From an uncultured Candidatus Saccharibacteria bacterium (GTDB taxonomy: Bacteria; Patescibacteriota; Minisyncoccia; UBA6257; 1-14-0-10-44-23): a stretch of DNA of 64,000 nucleotides. The notes beneath the pieces were generated by a model. That model was not told where the DNA came from and did no database searches. It worked only from the letters and a program-made list of their open reading frames with translations. Numbering within the stretch: the stretch's first letter is position 1; the number at the start of each line of letters is the position of its first letter. Shown one piece after another: positions 44,833 through 53,494 of the stretch. The stretch lies in contig CAZJVT010000002.1 in NCBI GenBank assembly GCA_964549935.1, positions 191,066-255,065 on the forward strand. Direction: 5' to 3'. A program made the position numbers and the translations under genes.

Positions 44833-47013
44833 CTAGCTCCACTCTTCAACCATCAAAAGCTCGCTCTTGCCGGGCCAAGTGGGCAGCTTGCTCCAAATCT
44901 CTTCGGTGACGTAAGGCATAAACGGGTGCAGCATCTTTAAGCACTCCTCAAAGACCTTCGTGAGCGTGGTGGCGGCCATATCCCTGTCTCCTTCGTCGGC
45001 ACCGGCCAGACGGGTTTTGTACTCCTCGATAAGCTTGTCAGCCACGGTGTGCCAGGTGTAGTGGTAGGCCGCCTCGGAGGCCAGGTGGAGCTTATACTCG
45101 TCTAAATCGCGAGCGACCTCGGCCTTCACTTTTTCGAGCTCGTGCAGTACCTCCTGGTCGCGGGCGGTTACGCCGGCGTTTGGATCAACCGAGTCGGTGT
45201 ACTGCAGAATGAACTTACCCATATTCCAGAGCTTAGTCGTAAAGTTGCGGTAGCCGCGGATTTTGTCTTCAGAAATAACCGGGTCGGTGCCGGCGGCGTT
45301 ACCGGAGACAAGCGCCATACGCACCGCGTCGGTACCGTACTCAGCAGAAACGCCGAGCGGGTCGATGACGTTGCCTTTGGACTTACTCATCTTTTGGCGT
45401 TCTTTGTCGCGCACGAGTCCGTGCAAATAGACCGTCTTAAACGGCACGCGACCAGTGCGGTAAATGCCCAGCATCGTCATGCGTGCCACCCAGAAGAACA
45501 AAATGTCCCAGCCGGTCTCCATGACGTCGGTCGGGTAAAACGAATCAAAATCACGCGAGACGGTTCCCATGCTCGTACCCTGCACGTGCTTTTTGCCTTC
45601 GGCATTGGCCGAAGCCATCAGCGTCGCAAACGGCCACTGGCCAGAACTAAACCAGGTATCAAACACGTCGGTCTCCGGCTCCCAGCCAATACCGTCTGGC
45701 TTCTGCTCGCCGACGTGAATCTGCTCACCCTTGTACCAGACCGGAATGCGGATACCCCACACTATCTGACGGCTGACGTTCCAGTCGCGCAGGTTTTCCA
45801 TCCAGCGAAGAAACTCAGTTTTAAAGCGATCGCTCACAAAACTAACCTCCCCTTTCTCGACTGCTGCGACAGCTAAATCACGCAGCGACTTACCAAGACG
45901 ATTGCTCGGCTTCGTCATAGCCACAAACCACTGCGGACGAATCTGCGGTTCAATCGCGGTATTACATTTGTAACAAACCGGCACGGCGTGCTTGCGCTGC
46001 TCGACGTTAACAAGTAGCCCTTTTTTGTTAAGCTTTTCGACGATAAGCGCGCGTGCCTTGCTGATGTGCTGCCCGGTAAACTCGCCAGCGATTGGCAGTA
46101 ACTTGCCCTGCCAGTCGATAATCTGCTCCTTCGGCAGATTGTGCCGCTGCGCGATTTCAAAGTCGGCGGCACTGTGCCAGGGCGTAATCGTCATCGCGCC
46201 GGTACCGAGCTCCATATCCATTGCCGCGTCCTTAATGAGGGTTGCTCGAATCGGGCCATTAATCCATTCCAGTTCAAATTCCTGGCCGTCTTTGTACTGC
46301 GCGTAGCGCTCATCGTCCGGATGCACCACGACGTACTTATCGCCAAACTTAGTCTCTGGGCGCGCAGTCGCAATAGTAAAAGGACCGTACTTGAGATAAT
46401 AAAACGGATCGGTCACCTCCGGCTGGGCGATTTCGAGTTCAGAGAGCGAGGTTTGGTGGCGAGCGCACCAGTTGATGATGCGGCTGCCACGGTAAATAAG
46501 GCCGTCGTCATAGAGCATCTTAAACGTCTCGTATACCACGCCGCGGATATCGTCATCTAAAGTAAACTTTTCGCGTGACCAGTCACACGAGGCACCGAGT
46601 GCGCGAATTTGACCTTCCATGTGAGCCTTGTTGGCGATAGTAAAATCTTTGATCTCCCCGTAGAGCTGATCGCGCGGAATCTCCCAAAACTTCCTCCCCT
46701 CCTTCTCCAACTTCTTTGTATACACCACCTGCGTTTCGAACCCGGCGTGATCGGCACCCGGAAGCCAAAGCGTCTTAAAGCCGCGCATACGCTTGTAGCG
46801 GATCATAATGTCCTGCGTGGTCACAAACAGCGCGTGCCCGATGTGTAGTGAGCCGTTCGCATTTGGCGGCGGCATGATAATCGTGAAACGTGGAGCGTCT
46901 GACGTGTAACGTTCAGAGGGCAGATTGTCCGGATTAAAGTAACCCGAATCCTCCCACTTTTGGTAGATTTCCGGCTCACGGTCCTTATATTCAAAATGCT
47001 TCGGGAGTTCCAT
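44833..47013 (-). CDS. valS: Valine--tRNA ligase (no C-terminal coiled coil)
   Basis: HIGH, KMSKS, DTWFSS, LHPFMPYVTEEIW; start set at MELPK. Confidence 0.96.
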   Translation of the reverse strand: MELPKHFEYKDREPEIYQKWEDSGYFNPDNLPSERYTSDAPRFTIIMPPPNANGSLHIGHALFVTTQDIMIRYKRMRGFKTLWLPGADHAGFETQVVYTKKLEKEGRKFWEIPRDQLYGEIKDFTIANKAHMEGQIRALGASCDWSREKFTLDDDIRGVVYETFKMLYDDGLIYRGSRIINWCARHQTSLSELEIAQPEVTDPFYYLKYGPFTIATARPETKFGDKYVVVHPDDERYAQYKDGQEFELEWINGPIRATLIKDAAMDMELGTGAMTITPWHSAADFEIAQRHNLPKEQIIDWQGKLLPIAGEFTGQHISKARALIVEKLNKKGLLVNVEQRKHAVPVCYKCNTAIEPQIRPQWFVAMTKPSNRLGKSLRDLAVAAVEKGEVSFVSDRFKTEFLRWMENLRDWNVSRQIVWGIRIPVWYKGEQIHVGEQKPDGIGWEPETDVFDTWFSSGQWPFATLMASANAEGKKHVQGTSMGTVSRDFDSFYPTDVMETGWDILFFWVARMTMLGIYRTGRVPFKTVYLHGLVRDKERQKMSKSKGNVIDPLGVSAEYGTDAVRMALVSGNAAGTDPVISEDKIRGYRNFTTKLWNMGKFILQYTDSVDPNAGVTARDQEVLHELEKVKAEVARDLDEYKLHLASEAAYHYTWHTVADKLIEEYKTRLAGADEGDRDMAATTLTKVFEECLKMLHPFMPYVTEEIWSKLPTWPGKSELLMVEEWS

Positions 47014-47167
47014 GGCAGTAGATAGTGATGAGGCAATTTTAGCGGAAAATCGTTGGTTTTTATATATTGACAAAGATAGTTTTTTTAATTAAAATACTTT
47101 CACGCGTTTTCGACGCGCCACCAAACTTCTCGCGACAACGCGATCGAAGCAACGAAGGGAGCCCTGA

Positions 47168-47527
47168 ATGCGTAACGGAAAGAAAGTCGTCCTGCACGTC
47201 GAGGACAAACTCCTGTATCAGGATCTGCTCGCGGCAGATCTTCGACGGTTCGCCGAGGTGATCAGGGCGTCATCAATCATCGAGGCGGAGGCCAAGTTCG
47301 CGGCCAACCAGGGCGTGATCGACGTCATCGTGATGGACGCCTGCGTCCCAGGCGAGACGCCAAACACGCTGCCCCTCGTGGCGCTCATCCGGCAGACCTT
47401 CAAGGGGCCGATGATCGCCTCCTCCGGTTTCCCCGGGTTCAGGAAGGACCTGATGGCTGTCGGATGTGACTCTGAATCTCCCAAGGAGGAGGTCGGAGCG
47501 GCAGTCCTCAGCGCTCTCGGCCTGTGA
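47168..47527 (+). CDS. Single-domain response regulator receiver (GC-rich solo cassette)
   Basis: VLHVED, IVMD, IASSG, SPK; TTGACA-17-TAAAAT promoter at 47067-47095 and GAAGGGAG SD. Confidence 0.75.
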   Translation: MRNGKKVVLHVEDKLLYQDLLAADLRRFAEVIRASSIIEAEAKFAANQGVIDVIVMDACVPGETPNTLPLVALIRQTFKGPMIASSGFPGFRKDLMAVGCDSESPKEEVGAAVLSALGL

Positions 47528-47597
47528 TAGGCCGGAGCCACCCAGCAACATAACGACTGGAGCAAGCGACTGGAGTCGCAGCTCCGGTCGTTCGCTT

Positions 47598-48626
47598 TTA
47601 CAACGTCATCGTTGAATCTGCTACAAACTTATACTTCTTTTTGCGGAGCTTGCCCATATAGGCTGCGGCGGCGATCATCGCGGCGTTGTCGGTGTTGTAC
47701 TCATTTTCCGGCGCGGCAAAGTTAATCCCCCACTTCGTGCAGTCGGCGGCGAGCTGTTTGCGCAACTCTTTGTTTGCGGCGACGCCACCACAAACAAACA
47801 CGGTGCGGGCGCCAAACTCACGAGCGGCACGCATCGTTTTTTTCACGAGCACATCTAACACGGCCTGCTGGAAACTGGCGGCGATGTTTTCTTTCTTCGT
47901 ATTCTTATGATCGCGGAGGTAATACAAAACCGAGGTTTTGATACCAGAAAAACTGAACTCGTAGTTCTTGTCTTTGAGCATCGGACGCGGAAACTCAATC
48001 GCCTTTGCGTCACCCTTAACGGCTAATTTTGAAATCTCCGGCCCACCCGGGTATGGCAACTTGAGCAGTCTCGCAACCTTGTCAAAAGCCTCACCTGCGG
48101 CGTCATCGCGCGTCTCCCCCAAATTAGTCCACTTCGTATATGAATCCATTTTTACTAAAATTGTGTGCCCCCCGCTCACTACTAATCCAATTGCGGGGAA
48201 GTCCAACTGTCTACTGTCTACTGACTGCTGTCTACTGTCTTTAGCGTTTAGTAAAACGCTAAAGACATGCCCCTCCATGTGATTAGCGCCAAGCAGCGGC
48301 TTCTTAAGGGTCTTGCTAAGCTCCTGCGCGAAGGTAATGCCCGCCCAGAGTGCCGGCTCAAGACCTGGACCGACGGTGACGGCGATAGCGTCAATCTCTT
48401 TAGCGGTTTTTGAAAGCCTGAGCTCGCTCAAAAGCTTTGGCAGGTTGGCAATGTGTTCGCGCTTGGCGATATTGGGCACTACCCCGCCCCACTCACGGTG
48501 CAACTCGATTTGCGAGTTAACCAGATTTTTTAAAACTTTAAACTGCGGATTTTTTATCCCGCCGGAGCACTCGACTATCGAGAGCGCTGTTTCATCGCAA
48601 CTTGTTTCAATTGATAGGATTTTCAT
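47598..48626 (-). CDS. tsaD: tRNA t6A biosynthesis protein TsaD
   Basis: IETSCDET, NHMEGH, VSGGHT, DDAAGEAFDK, TDNAAMI. Confidence 0.96.
   Translation of the reverse strand: MKILSIETSCDETALSIVECSGGIKNPQFKVLKNLVNSQIELHREWGGVVPNIAKREHIANLPKLLSELRLSKTAKEIDAIAVTVGPGLEPALWAGITFAQELSKTLKKPLLGANHMEGHVFSVLLNAKDSRQQSVDSRQLDFPAIGLVVSGGHTILVKMDSYTKWTNLGETRDDAAGEAFDKVARLLKLPYPGGPEISKLAVKGDAKAIEFPRPMLKDKNYEFSFSGIKTSVLYYLRDHKNTKKENIAASFQQAVLDVLVKKTMRAAREFGARTVFVCGGVAANKELRKQLAADCTKWGINFAAPENEYNTDNAAMIAAAAYMGKLRKKKYKFVADSTMTL
48207..48240. repeat. CTGTCTA heptamer array inside tsaD
   Basis: ctgtcta ctgtcta ctgactg ctgtcta ctgtct encodes DSRQQSVDSRQ. Confidence 0.8.
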
Positions 48627-48674
48627 ACTGAACCAAAAACCCGGCACAGGGCCGGGTTTTTGTTAAGACATTCT

Positions 48675-49133
48675 TTAACGCTTGGCCCACTGCGGAGCAC
48701 GTCGTGCCTTCTTGAGTCCGTACTTCTTACGCTCAACGTGGCGCGGATCGCGGGTCATGTGACCATCACGGCGGAGCGCTTTGCGGAGAGTTTCATCGTG
48801 AGAAACGAGCGCGCGAGCGATACCGTTGCGGATAGCGTCGGCCTGGGCCATAACGCCACCACCGCGAACGTGAGCCGAGACACCAAAAGCGTCAGTCATC
48901 TCAACAGTCTTAAGCGGGCCCATGATGACAGCCTGCAAGCGCGGCATCGGGAAGTACTTAGCGATATCCTTGCCGTTGACGGTAACTCCCGAGCTCTTCG
49001 GGAAGATACGAACGCTGGCGGTAGCGGTCTTGCGACCACCAACACCCTGTTTGTAGCGACCCTCAAAAGCACCGTTCTTTGTTACGTGGGTCTTCTCTGC
49101 TTTCTCTACTGTTTTTGTTTGTTTTGTAACCAT
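48675..49133 (-). CDS. rpsI: 30S ribosomal protein S9
   Basis: GGRKTA, GGG..QADAIR.GIARAL, RDPR.VERKKYG. Confidence 0.97.
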   Translation of the reverse strand: MVTKQTKTVEKAEKTHVTKNGAFEGRYKQGVGGRKTATASVRIFPKSSGVTVNGKDIAKYFPMPRLQAVIMGPLKTVEMTDAFGVSAHVRGGGVMAQADAIRNGIARALVSHDETLRKALRRDGHMTRDPRHVERKKYGLKKARRAPQWAKR

Positions 49134-49183
49134 ATTTTTTCGATCGTAAATCGTGTAACGTTAAACGTTTTAAGTTTCACGTT

Positions 49184-49549
49184 CTACGCCTCTATCTTAA
49201 GACGGTTCATACGAAGCTGACGGAGCTTGTTTTTCGGAAGCATGTTAAAGACTGCGTACTCAACAATGCGCTCCGGAGTGCTCTTACGCATATCGGCAAC
49301 GTTCTTGGCGCGGAGGTGACCCTGGTAGCTCGTGTGGTGGTAGTACTCTTTCTGGAGCTCCTTGTTACCCGAGAACTTAACCTTGGCGGCGTTTTTGACG
49401 ACGACACGGTTCGTGCCAGAAAGGCGCGGCTCGTAGGCAGCTGAGGTCTTGCCCTGCAAGATAGCGGCAATCTTCGTCGCGAGACGACCAACGATCTGGC
49501 CCTCTCCGTCGATAACGTATTCAGTTTGCTTCACTTTAGCTTCGGTCAT
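49184..49549 (-). CDS. rplM: 50S ribosomal protein L13
   Basis: GRLATKIAAILQGK, YYHHT, MLPKNKL. Confidence 0.96.
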   Translation of the reverse strand: MTEAKVKQTEYVIDGEGQIVGRLATKIAAILQGKTSAAYEPRLSGTNRVVVKNAAKVKFSGNKELQKEYYHHTSYQGHLRAKNVADMRKSTPERIVEYAVFNMLPKNKLRQLRMNRLKIEA

Positions 49550-49550
49550 A

Positions 49551-49895
49551 TTACTTTACAAATTTAATGGTCGCCATCTTGGTTCCATCGCGCATACGCT
49601 GGACAGCGTGCTTGCTGATAGACAAGTAACCACCGGTACGGTCCTTATACTTCGGAGCAATTTCGTAAAAAAGCTTTTCTGCAGCCTGCTTCGGAAGCAC
49701 CGCAAGCAAAGCACGCAGCTTGGCAACCTGGCCGGTTTTAGCGTAGGTGATGTAGCGCTCAACGAGCGGACGGATGTCCTTGGCGCGAGCCTCGGTTGTA
49801 ACCATCTCGCCGTACATAATCAAGCTCTGAGCGAGCTGCTTACGGAAAGCGCGGCGGCGGCCGGTTGTACGGGCAAATTTACGTTTGGAAATCAT
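49551..49895 (-). CDS. rplQ: 50S ribosomal protein L17
   Basis: TTEARAK, YKDRTGGY; follows rpoA. Confidence 0.93.
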   Translation of the reverse strand: MISKRKFARTTGRRRAFRKQLAQSLIMYGEMVTTEARAKDIRPLVERYITYAKTGQVAKLRALLAVLPKQAAEKLFYEIAPKYKDRTGGYLSISKHAVQRMRDGTKMATIKFVK

Positions 49896-49927
49896 ACAGA
49901 GTGAAATGAGAAATAACGGATAAGGGA

Positions 49928-50725
49928 TTAGGCTTTCTTTTTAGCAGCTTTCTTTTTCGGCTTCTTGTCCTCCTCCCCTTCAGCCTCCGGAGCGGCAACT
50001 TCAGCAGTTGAAGCACCACCGAGCTGCTCGAGAGCCTTTGAGAAGTGCTCAGAAAGAATCGCCAAACCGTTGCGCAAAGCAGTCGCCGGAGCAACGCCAC
50101 CGTCGGTTTCGATCATCAAACGAACACGGTTGAAGTCGGTCTTGTCGCCGACACGCATGTTCTCGTTGGTCATGGTTACCTTCGTAACCGGTGAGAACAA
50201 AGCATCGAGCTGGATAACACCAACCGGCACAGTACCACCCGCCTTCAAAGTCTCAACCGGAACGTAACCGAGACCCTTCTCGATAGTCAGCTCCATTTCG
50301 AGCTCAACACCCTTCTTGGTGATAGTGGCGATCTTCTGGTCCTTGTTGACGACGGTCACGCGACCGGTCTCCTCGATATCAGCGGCGGTAACCTCGCCCT
50401 CCCCTTTGGCCTTCAAGACCAAAGTCTCCGGCTCGGTGAAACCTGACTCACCCGGGAATTCAAAGCGGACCTTCTTGAGGTTCAAGCAGATTTCAACAAC
50501 GTCTTGCATCACGCCCTCGATAGTCGAGAACTCGTGACCAACGCCTTTGATCTTCACAGAGGTGATAGCGGCACCAGGAAGTGAAGAAAGCAAAACGCGG
50601 CGGAGTGCGTTACCAATCGTCAAACCATAGCCACGGTAAAGACCCTCGATGTCAAAGACACCAACCTTCTCGTCTTCTGAGATCGTAACAACCTTCAAAT
50701 TCTCCGCCAAAGAAATTTTTTCCAT
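49928..50725 (-). CDS. rpoA: RNA polymerase alpha subunit (NTD only)
   Basis: GYGLTIGNALRRVLLSSLPGAA, HEFSTIEGV, DALFSPV; ends at 265 aa in an acidic/Lys tail. Confidence 0.96.
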   Translation of the reverse strand: MEKISLAENLKVVTISEDEKVGVFDIEGLYRGYGLTIGNALRRVLLSSLPGAAITSVKIKGVGHEFSTIEGVMQDVVEICLNLKKVRFEFPGESGFTEPETLVLKAKGEGEVTAADIEETGRVTVVNKDQKIATITKKGVELEMELTIEKGLGYVPVETLKAGGTVPVGVIQLDALFSPVTKVTMTNENMRVGDKTDFNRVRLMIETDGGVAPATALRNGLAILSEHFSKALEQLGGASTAEVAAPEAEGEEDKKPKKKAAKKKA

Positions 50726-50741
50726 GTGTTTGGTTTAAGGT

Positions 50742-51365
50742 TTACTTGACAATCTTAGAATAATAATCTACAACCAGCGAAATGTCAAAGCCGGCGTCGA
50801 CATCCTTCGGAAGCATCTTGATAGTCCCCTCTAAGGTCTGCGGGTTGATAGTAAGCCAAACTGGGGTCTGAGCTTTCGTAGCACGCTCGGCAACGTCTTT
50901 GAAAATAGCCATATCCTTTGACTGCGGGCGAATCGTGATGACGTCACCGGCGCGCAGACGGGCTGACGGAGCACTGACGCGCTTGCCGTTAACGAAAATG
51001 TGACCGTGACCAACTGCCTGACGAGCAACGGAACGGCTCGGAGCGATACCAAGGCGGTAGACAACGTTGTCCAAGCGGCGCTCGAGCAGGTTGATGAGCG
51101 TCATACCGATACCGGTCTGGCTCTTCTTAGCGTCTTTAAAAGCGTTGCGGAGCTGGGTTTCGCGAAGACCGTAGGTGTAACGAACCTTTTGCTTCTCGGC
51201 GAGCTGCTTGCTGAATTCGCTACCGGCACGGCGGCGTGAAGCACCATGCTGACCCGGCTTGCTCGGACGGCGAGTGATGGCGGACTTCCCTGTTACCGAA
51301 CGGTTCGGCTTTAAGAACAGTGGCATCCCGAGGCGGCGTTCTTTTCGTGCGCGTGTATCAAACAT
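50742..51365 (-). CDS. rpsD: 30S ribosomal protein S4
   Basis: PGQHG, EKQKVR, LERRLDNVVYR, ARQAVGHGH. Confidence 0.97.
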   Translation of the reverse strand: MFDTRARKERRLGMPLFLKPNRSVTGKSAITRRPSKPGQHGASRRRAGSEFSKQLAEKQKVRYTYGLRETQLRNAFKDAKKSQTGIGMTLINLLERRLDNVVYRLGIAPSRSVARQAVGHGHIFVNGKRVSAPSARLRAGDVITIRPQSKDMAIFKDVAERATKAQTPVWLTINPQTLEGTIKMLPKDVDAGFDISLVVDYYSKIVK

Positions 51366-51402
51366 ACTGGTAGTAGATAGTAGTTAGTAGACAGTAGTCA
51401 GG

Positions 51403-51855
51403 TTAGATACGGCGAACTTTCTTTGGTTTCGGACCGTTGTGCGGGATCGGCGTAACGTCGTGGATAGAAAGAACATCGAAACCTTGGTTGACGAATGAGC
51501 GGACGGACGAGTCGCGGCCACCACCGATGCCATTGAGGAAGATGCTGACCTTCTGCAAGCCGGCCTTGCGGAGCTTTTCAGTGAGTGCGGCAACAACTTT
51601 ACTGGCGGCAAACGGAGTCGCCTTCTTCGGACCGCGGAAACCGAGTGAACCGGCGGTGCTCCAAGCAACGAGGTTACCCTTTTCGTCGGTGACGGAGATG
51701 ATCGTGTTGTTGTAGCTGGCCTTAACGTAGACGTTTCCCTTTTCGAACTTCTTCTTAACGTCTTTTGCGGAGGCCGCAACGACAGCACCCTCGATGGCGC
51801 TCGCCTGGTTAATTGCCTCTGCTTCAGTTTGTGTACCGACTTTCTTTTTACCCAT
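51403..51855 (-). CDS. rpsK: 30S ribosomal protein S11
   Basis: NNTIIS, KKATPFAA, DVTPIPHNG. Confidence 0.97.
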   Translation of the reverse strand: MGKKKVGTQTEAEAINQASAIEGAVVAASAKDVKKKFEKGNVYVKASYNNTIISVTDEKGNLVAWSTAGSLGFRGPKKATPFAASKVVAALTEKLRKAGLQKVSIFLNGIGGGRDSSVRSFVNQGFDVLSIHDVTPIPHNGPKPKKVRRI

Positions 51856-51866
51856 AGTACTAATTT

Positions 51867-52250
51867 TTACTTGAGTTCAACCTTACGCTTACCAGAACCG
51901 GCGGTCTTACGAGTGTTACCACGGACGGTACGCGAGTTGGTCTTGGTGCGCTGACCACGAACCGGAAGGTGGCGGGCGTGACGACTACCGCGGTAGGCGC
52001 CCATGTCTTTAAGCAATGAAATGTTCTGCTTGATAACGGAACGGAGCTCTCCTTCGATCTTCCAGTTCTTTTCGATGTACTCCTTAACCTTGTTAACCTC
52101 GGTCTGGTCAAGATCCTTGGCCTTCTTCCCCATCGGGATACCGACGGCTTCGATGATTTCAATGGCGCGAGCCGGGCCTACGCCGTAAATGTAGCGAAGT
52201 GCGACTTCGATTTTCTTGTTGTCAGGAATTGTAATACCGGCGATACGCAT
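51867..52250 (-). CDS. rpsM: 30S ribosomal protein S13
   Basis: RIAG, IYGVG, LPVRGQRTKTNSRT. Confidence 0.97.
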   Translation of the reverse strand: MRIAGITIPDNKKIEVALRYIYGVGPARAIEIIEAVGIPMGKKAKDLDQTEVNKVKEYIEKNWKIEGELRSVIKQNISLLKDMGAYRGSRHARHLPVRGQRTKTNSRTVRGNTRKTAGSGKRKVELK

Positions 52251-52259
52251 GTTGGGTAG

Positions 52260-52345
52260 TAGTTAGTAGAAAGTAGACAGTAGTTAGGGTTGGTTATGCT
52301 AGTTTTTAGTAGTCTTTCCTGCTATCTACTGACTACTATCTACTA
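52260..52345. repeat. TAGNNAG / CTNNCTA heptamer arrays, inverted pair
   Basis: tagttag tagaaag tagacag tagttag ... ctatcta ctgacta ctatcta; the same unit occurs at 51374-51401. Confidence 0.78.
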
Positions 52346-52355
52346 GCTCCTGCTT

Positions 52356-52469
52356 CTAGCCTTGGCGCTGTTTGTGCTTAGGAATCGAGCAAATAACGAA
52401 AATTCGACCGCGACGGCGGACGGTTTTACACTTCTGACACACTTTTTTGACCGATGAACGGACCTTCAT
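52356..52469 (-). CDS. rpmJ: 50S ribosomal protein L36
   Basis: [14 protein letters not shown]...[12 protein letters not shown]. Confidence 0.97.
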   Translation of the reverse strand: MKVRSSVKKVCQKCKTVRRRGRIFVICSIPKHKQRQG

Positions 52470-52473
52470 ATAA

Positions 52474-52692
52474 TTAGAGTCTTCGAGATATTCTGCCACG
52501 CGTTTTATCGTATGGCGTAAATTCAATGACAACCCGGTCCCCAAGGGTGATTTTGATGTGGTACATCTTCATCTTCCCCGAGAGATGGCCTAAGGCCAAT
52601 GTGTTATCCGGTAGTTTGACGCGAAACATGGCACCAGGGAGAGCTTCTTCTACAATTCCCTCCACTGCGCGTACTGCTTTAGTGTCTGCCAT
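52474..52692 (-). CDS. infA: Translation initiation factor IF-1
   Basis: [25 protein letters not shown]. Confidence 0.97.
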   Translation of the reverse strand: MADTKAVRAVEGIVEEALPGAMFRVKLPDNTLALGHLSGKMKMYHIKITLGDRVVIEFTPYDKTRGRISRRL

Positions 52693-52835
52693 TGATTGAG
52701 AGAGTATACACGAGAGCTAAAAAAGTGTCAACAGGAATCGAATAAGGAATAATGAATTAGGAATTAGGTTACAAACAACAGAGGCGGCACGGGACGTGCC
52801 GTCCTGTTGCCGCCCCAAGATGCTGAGCCGAAGTC

Positions 52836-53336
52836 CTACAACTGGCGGATCCGAATCGCGACGCCGAAGCAGATCGCAAGTCCGAACATGAGCGATGCCA
52901 GCGACAGCACAGGCTTACGGCTTACGCGGTCGTGCACCCAGTCGTGCCAGACATAGTCGACCAGCCTGTACCCGATTCCTGCCTGCACGATGAGCGCCGA
53001 CACGAGCACGATGGCTTCTTCGAGGTTCGGCATACGCTTCTCGTGCCAGGCGGCCCAGAGGGCCACGATGAACATGATGTAGCCTACGGGCATCATGAGC
53101 ACCCGGAACGTAGCGAAGAACTGCTCTCTGTGCTCCGCGACCTGGTGCTGGGTGAGCAGCAAGATCTCGAATCCCAGCAGCACGAACAGCATCGAGACGT
53201 TCTGCGCAACGAGCGCGCAGGCGGCGGCCAGAGCCACCATCCCGATGAAGTGCATCCAGTTACGCAGAAACACGTGCAGCGCCGAGACGTGCTTCACGTC
53301 AACGATGATCGGCCTACCGTCAATTTCAACCTGCAT
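52836..53336 (-). CDS. Hypothetical membrane protein (GC-rich solo cassette)
   Basis: About 5 hydrophobic segments; GGAGGG/AAGGAG SD; TGGACA-17-TATATT promoter. Confidence 0.65.
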   Translation of the reverse strand: MQVEIDGRPIIVDVKHVSALHVFLRNWMHFIGMVALAAACALVAQNVSMLFVLLGFEILLLTQHQVAEHREQFFATFRVLMMPVGYIMFIVALWAAWHEKRMPNLEEAIVLVSALIVQAGIGYRLVDYVWHDWVHDRVSRKPVLSLASLMFGLAICFGVAIRIRQL

Positions 53337-53494
53337 CTCCCTTGCCCTCCCCTTGAAAGCCAGACGCCGCCGGACCTCCCGACGAACGGAAAATAATATA
53401 TCACATATGATATATTTTGTCCAATCGTAAAAAGACCCTTTAGCAGTCGGGCCTCTCCCTACGTTACACGCTACACGTTTTACATTAAACGAAT

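Noticed and set aside
38559-47013. Short IF2 and ValS lacking the C-terminal arm as pseudogenes
   Set aside because: All catalytic motifs are intact and the frames are uninterrupted. Consistent with streamlined forms.
40019-52345. Short repeat tracts as CRISPR arrays
   Set aside because: 7-nt degenerate units with no unique spacers and no cas genes.
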